Positions 59,168 to 64,000 of a DNA stretch of 64,000 nucleotides are shown piece after piece. Below the pieces are notes generated by a model that saw nothing but the letters and a program-made list of their open reading frames with translations, was not told the DNA's origin and made no database searches. Within the stretch, counting starts at the first letter, position 1. Each line of letters opens with the position of its first letter. The stretch covers positions 1,760,001-1,824,000 of the forward strand of contig OY970067.1 in assembly GCA_963705305.1 (NCBI GenBank), written 5' to 3'. Source of the DNA: an uncultured Methylomirabilota bacterium (GTDB lineage Bacteria > Methylomirabilota > Methylomirabilia > Methylomirabilales > 2-02-FULL-66-22). Made by a program: the position numbers and the translations under genes.

Positions 59168-59647
59168 TCACCTCCGGGCCCACAGCCTGAGCGTGGCCAG
59201 CACGTGAGTCGCGATGGAGACCGCCGCTGCCGCCGCCATCACCCCCCATGGGATGCCCGGCCCCCCCGGCCCGCGCAGGCCGGCGAAGGCGAACACCGCG
59301 GCGCACAGCAGCAGGACCGAGAGGACGCCCAGCGCGATGATCAGGACCCGCATTCCATCCGGCGCCGTGGGGGAACGCACGGGCCACACCGTCTCGACAT
59401 CCACCGGCACGTCTGCGGAGGACGCCGCGTCTGCCGGGAGCGTTTGAGACGGCGCACGCCTGGCACCGGGCCCCTCGTAGAGCGGGCACTGCTCTTGATG
59501 CCTCCAGTAGGCGCAGGCGATGCTGCGGGGGTCGTGCGCCCGCTCGCCCTCCTTGACCAGCAAGCGGCATCCCGCCATGATGGCCGAACCGTTCTCCGTC
59601 GATTCCACGTACCGGTGCCAGTCAGGCACCGTATGCCGGCAGCGCAT
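59168..59647 (-). CDS. Hypothetical membrane protein with Cys-rich N-terminus
   Basis: RC..GC..C.YW....CPLY followed by two TM helices. Confidence 0.6.
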   Translation of the reverse strand: MRCRHTVPDWHRYVESTENGSAIMAGCRLLVKEGERAHDPRSIACAYWRHQEQCPLYEGPGARRAPSQTLPADAASSADVPVDVETVWPVRSPTAPDGMRVLIIALGVLSVLLLCAAVFAFAGLRGPGGPGIPWGVMAAAAAVSIATHVLATLRLWARR

Positions 59648-59680
59648 CCCGGCTCCATTCCCCCGCTATCGGCCAGCCAG

Positions 59681-59775
59681 ACTCCTCAAACGGTGGGGCC
59701 TGCCCCCATTCCTCGTCCCCCCCGGATGGAACCACCCGGCAGGATGGCCTTTCCGGCATGTGGGGTGCGAGGAGT
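59681..59775 (-). ncRNA. Candidate structured RNA or 5' leader (unassigned)
   Basis: ACTCCTC/GAGGAGT closing stem, inner CCCCA/TGGGG and two hairpins; sigma70-like TTGACG-N17-TAAGGT directly upstream on the minus strand. Confidence 0.4.
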
Positions 59776-59996
59776 TGTAACCTTAGTATCCCACTTGGGC
59801 CTCGTCAATGGAAATGTCGTTCTTTTCGGCGCTTCCCGGCCGTTCCCGGAAGTACCGGATTTTGCCAGGCCCTGACCGCGGGTAAATGTCGGGGACGGAG
59901 AGCTCCGCAATTGACTTTTTCACACAACTCGGGTACACAGCGGGCGGCCGCATTTGCACGAATGAACCATCTGGGCTAGAGGAGCATTCCACGCCA

Positions 59997-60302
59997 ATGG
60001 CAGCGCTGGTCAGGGCGGCGGCGGATGAAATCCCGAGCGGTCAATCAAAGATCGTCCGCATCCAGGGGCGGGAGATTGCCGTGTTCAACGCGGGAGGGAC
60101 TTTCTTCGCCGTGAAGAACTCCTGCCCCCATGAGGCGGCGAGCCTGGAGCGGGGTCGCCTGGAGGGCTCCGTCCTGACCTGTCCAGGCCACGGCTGGCGT
60201 TTCGACCTCCGTACAGGGGACTGCCTGGATCGGCCGCTGGCCGGCCTCCGCTGCTACCGGGTCGAGGTCCGGAGCGGCTCGATCTGGATCGGACTGCCCT
60301 GA
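59997..60302 (+). CDS. Rieske (2Fe-2S) ferredoxin
   Basis: CPHE...CPGHGWRFDLRTG; GAGGAG RBS. Confidence 0.92.
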   Translation: MAALVRAAADEIPSGQSKIVRIQGREIAVFNAGGTFFAVKNSCPHEAASLERGRLEGSVLTCPGHGWRFDLRTGDCLDRPLAGLRCYRVEVRSGSIWIGLP

Positions 60303-60498
60303 GCTGCCCGCGAAAGAACGGCGCTGGGGCCCCCGGCCCGCTTCTTGAGGCGGGCGCGCGGACGCCGCCGGGTAGCCAGGCCGCCGAATCCTCTTCGTCC
60401 GACTGGACGCACTTGGCACGCGGGCGAGTCATGTGCTATAAAGGCGGCGGTGCTCCTTCCCGCTGGACATCCCGAAGACATCCGTGCGGCTGTCCCGT

Positions 60499-60576
60499 GT
60501 CCCCATCGTCTAGCCCGGCCTAGGACATCGGCCCTTCAAGCCGACAACGCGGGTTCGAATCCCGCTGGGGACACCA
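60499..60576 (+). tRNA. tRNA-Glu (TTC)
   Basis: GTCCCCA/TGGGGAC acceptor stem, TCGGC-CCTTCAA-GCCGA anticodon arm, GGTTCGAATCC T-loop, encoded CCA. Confidence 0.96.
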
Positions 60577-60643
60577 CGTAAAGATACACGGAAGATCCTG
60601 AGTGCCCTAGGGCTTCGCGTCCCGTTCCGCGGGCGGGTGGCCC

Positions 60644-60844
60644 TTGCCGCCTAACCTGCCGGGCCTGCCGTCTGTAATCGCGATCCGCTGTGCACGCTGT
60701 CGGCGTTTGCTCGTCCATCAACAGGACGCCGACATCGCCTTCCACCTACGTTTTCTCCGCGTGACCCCGCCCGACTTGCATGCATGGGGGATGTGCCCGC
60801 GCTGCAAACTGCTGCAGCCTCTCCCCCTGATCCTCCGGCCGTAG
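60644..60844 (+). CDS. Possible Mu Com-like zinc-finger microprotein
   Basis: IRCARCRRLL...MCPRCK; TTG start, weak RBS. Confidence 0.4.
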   Translation: MPPNLPGLPSVIAIRCARCRRLLVHQQDADIAFHLRFLRVTPPDLHAWGMCPRCKLLQPLPLILRP

Positions 60845-61318
60845 TCCCCCCATCGCTGGTTCTGCCAATTCAACAAGCCCTCCCTGTTACGATCATGCGC
60901 ACAACATGGGTGCCGGCCCCCCGGCACCCTGCAATGGTTATTCAAACCCCCAAGAAGCCCTCGGCTTGACATTCGGTGCCAGCGAGCCGGGCGAGCCTCC
61001 GATGGCCTTCCAGAGAACGGCTCGGCATGGCGGCTTATCCGACCTGCACCCGGGTGGTGATAGACACAGGAGCACCAGTCGAATGGTCCACGAATGAGCA
61101 CGGGCCGGAGAGGCTCGCGATCCCGGCGTCCGCAGCCTTCGTTGCGGCACCAATCATCTGCCGTGAAGGGAGGCACGCGCTTGGCAGGGGAGGCTGGGGG
61201 TGCTGTTGAGGAAACTCCTCAGGGGCCGCCCCCTCGCCTGCCGGGGCTCAGAGTCGCCCGAACCCGGGCGGCTGCGAGACTTCTCGGAACGAACCTCAGG
61301 GCGGACCAATTAGTGGGG

Positions 61319-61831
61319 TTAGGCCAAAACATCTGGCGGCCTTGCCGTAGTCCGCTGCTTGGTTTGGCAACCCGCGCAAAGCCCGCGCACTTCGATAATC
61401 TGTTCTCTAACCTGAAAACCTTGGCTCTCTACATGGCGGCGTAGGGCCTGCGTGGCCTTTGCGTCGCGTATCTCCATAACGTTGTCGCAGTTGGTGCAGA
61501 TGATGAACTGCCCGTCGTGGGGGTGGTCAACGTCAAGGCAAACAACAAATGCATTAAGGGACTCGATCTTGTGCACGTATTTGTGGGCCATTAGGAAATC
61601 GAGAACGCGGTAGATCGTGGCCGGTGTCTTGGCGCCTACGGTGGCGTCCAGTTTGGCGAGCAGGTCGTACGCACGGACGGGCTGTTCGCTGCCGAGCATC
61701 AGCTCGAGGACTGCACGTCGGAGCCTAGTGAGTCGAACGCCGCGCCGGCGACACTGCCCCTCGACCCGGTCAAGGGCGCGGTTGATGGCGGCCCGGTGCG
61801 TCTTACCCGCGGGTGTATGTGAAGCAGCCAT
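61319..61831 (-). CDS. zur: Fur family regulator, Zur type
   Basis: RLTRLRRAVLEL, AYDLL, PATIYRVLDFL..HKIESLNAF..C, FIICTNC, EVRGLCAGC; near znuA-like gene. Confidence 0.88.
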   Translation of the reverse strand: MAASHTPAGKTHRAAINRALDRVEGQCRRRGVRLTRLRRAVLELMLGSEQPVRAYDLLAKLDATVGAKTPATIYRVLDFLMAHKYVHKIESLNAFVVCLDVDHPHDGQFIICTNCDNVMEIRDAKATQALRRHVESQGFQVREQIIEVRGLCAGCQTKQRTTARPPDVLA

Positions 61832-62140
61832 GTACCACACCTTACCTCCGTTCGATGTCTCTTGTCAAAGCGGCTCCTGGAGGGGGAGGGAGGAGCTCAA
61901 GGAATCGCACTAAGGCTCCGACGGTCCGCAGGGGAAGCCGCCGGCGCGCGTGCCCACGTCGCCGGGGAAAGCCTGGATTTCGACAGTATTTCCATCAGCC
62001 TCCAATTGATCCGCGCGTGCGAATCGCCCTCATTAATTCGCCCCATACGATGGCCGCACACCGCGTCGCACCGGACAGTGCCCCCTCGCGGCCGATGGTC
62101 TCTCGAACACGCGGACCTCCCACCCTCTTTGCATGCCATT

Positions 62141-63622
62141 CTAGAAGGTGATGACCGTCCGGAGCCCGAGGACCGCCTCATTGGCAATCCGCCCGCTCGG
62201 GTTGGCCGGATTTTGGATGCCGCCGCCCGGGTGGAACACGTATTGAAAGTCGGGCTGCAGGACCCACCACGGCGCCAGGTGGGCCTGATAGGTCAGCTCG
62301 AGGAAGCTTTCGCTTGACCGAACCGGGTAGGGCGTTCCGGAGAAGAAGCCGGTGTCGCGATCCAGTTGGGCCGCGCCGTGGCTGACCTGGGCGAAGCCGT
62401 AGCCGATCCCGACCGCATCGTTGTCGCGCCCGGCGACCGGCGCCTGCAGCGTTACCCCGGCATTGAGGCTAAAGGAGACCAGGTTGCGGTCGCTCGGGGC
62501 GCCCATCGGCCGGAGGAACACGCTGACCGAGCGCGGACTGTCCGACCCGGCGCGCCAGACCGTCTGATCCACGATCGCGTAGATGCTGAAGTTGTGTCGA
62601 TCCGTGCGGGGCACGCCGTTGCTGAGCGGATTGGCCAGCGACAGGCCGTCGGTGCCGAAACGCTGGTCCGGGAAGCCGGCGGTATCGAACCAGGCGCCCA
62701 GCTTGTAGGTGCCGGGCAGACCGCACGTCACACTGGTGCAGTCCTTGGTCGGGGACTGGCCAGCCGCATATTGCAGCTCGCCGATAAAGAGGGCGCCGGT
62801 GCTCAGGCTAAACCGCGTACCGGACGCCTCGCCGTCGCGGAGTGCGCTATCGTCACTGAACGGACCGCCCGGCGGGTTGTCGTCGAAAACGCCGCCCAGC
62901 ACGGTCAGCGCCGGACTCGGATGCGCGCGCAGCCGGACGCCAAGCGAGGAAAGGGGATAGACCGGCCCGCCGGCATAGAGGTCGGCCGCCGGCACCGCCG
63001 GCCACCCCAGGGCCGCATTGAGGAACAGACCGGCGTACTGGCTGACGACGAACTCCTGGTCGAGGCTCTGCTGGCCGAGTTTCACATCGGCCCGGCCGGC
63101 GAGAAACTCCTGCTGGACCCACAGCTCCCAGAGGCGGGTCGCGCGGTCCGCCGCGATGCCGCTGACGGTCTGCAGGGTGCCGAGATTGTCCTGGCTCAGG
63201 TTGCGGCCGTGGATCTGCAGGGCGCTGATGTTGAACGTGCCGCCAGCCCAGCCGAGCGCCTTTTCAGTGTTCAGCGTGAGGCTCATCTGGGTCACGCCGT
63301 CGTAGTCGGCGCCGCGATGCGTGCCGCCGGTGACGTTGCCCAGCACCTCGCTGGTTTCGGACAGCCCGAACGAGAGCCCGTATGTGGCCAGTGCCGGACG
63401 CACCCCGCCCACGTCGCCGAGCAGGGTGTCCCGTGTCCACAATCCGCCGGTATCCACCTGACCCGACGCTGGTGCGTCGCTTCCTGGGGCCGACGCAGCC
63501 GTCTGCGCCCATGCGGGTCCGGCCGCAAGGAGGGCGGCGACGCTGAGGAGCAGCGCCCCCAGGCGTGGTCCGGCGCTGCATCGACCCGCTCTGTAGCTGC
63601 CCCTCACGATCCGATGTGCCAT
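62141..63622 (-). CDS. OprB-family carbohydrate-selective porin
   Basis: Signal peptide, LLGDVGGVR, RLWELW, GTYKLG.W, ELTYQ..PW..LQPDFQY..PGG, C-terminal F. Confidence 0.9.
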   Translation of the reverse strand: MAHRIVRGSYRAGRCSAGPRLGALLLSVAALLAAGPAWAQTAASAPGSDAPASGQVDTGGLWTRDTLLGDVGGVRPALATYGLSFGLSETSEVLGNVTGGTHRGADYDGVTQMSLTLNTEKALGWAGGTFNISALQIHGRNLSQDNLGTLQTVSGIAADRATRLWELWVQQEFLAGRADVKLGQQSLDQEFVVSQYAGLFLNAALGWPAVPAADLYAGGPVYPLSSLGVRLRAHPSPALTVLGGVFDDNPPGGPFSDDSALRDGEASGTRFSLSTGALFIGELQYAAGQSPTKDCTSVTCGLPGTYKLGAWFDTAGFPDQRFGTDGLSLANPLSNGVPRTDRHNFSIYAIVDQTVWRAGSDSPRSVSVFLRPMGAPSDRNLVSFSLNAGVTLQAPVAGRDNDAVGIGYGFAQVSHGAAQLDRDTGFFSGTPYPVRSSESFLELTYQAHLAPWWVLQPDFQYVFHPGGGIQNPANPSGRIANEAVLGLRTVITF

Positions 63623-63657
63623 GTCTCACCTCCATCCTCAGATTGTGTGGCTCTAAG

Positions 63658-63679
63658 ATGCAACAATATATCATTACAT
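63658..63679. promoter_or_regulatory. Candidate Zur/Fur box between divergent porin and znuA-like genes
   Basis: ATGCAACAATATATCATTACAT, 16/22 self-complementary AT-rich palindrome. Confidence 0.6.
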
Positions 63680-63834
63680 TATGCTTGCTTCAAGACTCTT
63701 GTCATGCGATAAGGTGGGCGAGTCAACTGGGTCGTTTGTATGCGCTCCCTCGTCTGCTGTGGGCACGGCGGGGCAGCGCCCCCCGGGGCTGTTACCAGGA
63801 ACGTCCGACGGGGCGTTCTCAGAGGAGAAAAGGC

Positions 63835-64000
63835 ATGCGTATCCTGATCGTCATCTGCGGGCTAGTCGGCTCGGTCCTCGCCTTTTCGGCGGCGCCGGCG
63901 CTCGGCCAACCGATCAATATCGTCGCCGCCGAGAACTTCTACGGTGACATCGCCAAACAGATCGGGGGTCCCGCCGTGACAGTGACCAGCATTCTCTCCA
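63835..64000 (+). CDS. Zn/Mn ABC transporter substrate-binding protein (ZnuA-like), partial
   Basis: Manual translation MRILIVICGLVGSVLAFSAAPALGQPINIVAAENFYGDIAKQIGGPAVTVTSILS; GAGGAG RBS. Confidence 0.85.
   Translation, partial: MRILIVICGLVGSVLAFSAAPALGQPINIVAAENFYGDIAKQIGGPAVTVTSILS

Noticed and set aside
60413..60430. Sigma54 promoter (TTGGCACG) upstream of the tRNA
   Set aside because: The -12 TTGC element is absent at the required spacing
60845..61318. Integrase or prophage genes after the tRNA
   Set aside because: No recombinase motifs or phage structural genes visible in the window

Overview
This is a GC-rich bacterial chromosomal segment with about 65 genes, mostly accessory metabolism. 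It includes SDRs, class III aminotransferases, a Tat-dependent sugar ABC transporter, an ADP-forming acyl-CoA ligase, uxaB, pyk, bfr, tatC, a MoxR/DUF58/VWA operon and an ASKHA/RACo activator. Taxonomy cannot be fixed from the window. The main signals the ORF track hides are two genes with in-frame UGA codons followed by SECIS-like hairpins: a Sec-containing SelD (37138-38220, SCAG-U-ASK) and an ArsC/thioredoxin-like UxxC selenoprotein (13260-13607). The latter sits in an operon with a TIGR01777 oxidoreductase, a DUF523-DUF1722 (TudS/RudS-type) desulfidase and an MFS transporter. Other features: an intact IS1380-family element with an 18-bp TIR and 5-bp TSD; three families of intergenic miniature inverted-repeat elements; two same-orientation IS-end-like 50-bp repeats around an AAA ATPase next to a vapBC-type pair; a frameshifted HpcH aldolase; several unannotated zinc-finger microproteins; a candidate 95-nt structured RNA; and tRNA-Glu(TTC) followed by a Zur / OprB-porin / ZnuA module with a Zur-box-like palindrome. 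No CRISPR array or rRNA was seen. Start codons were re-picked by eye from RBS position. All family calls come from motif recognition, not database searches.
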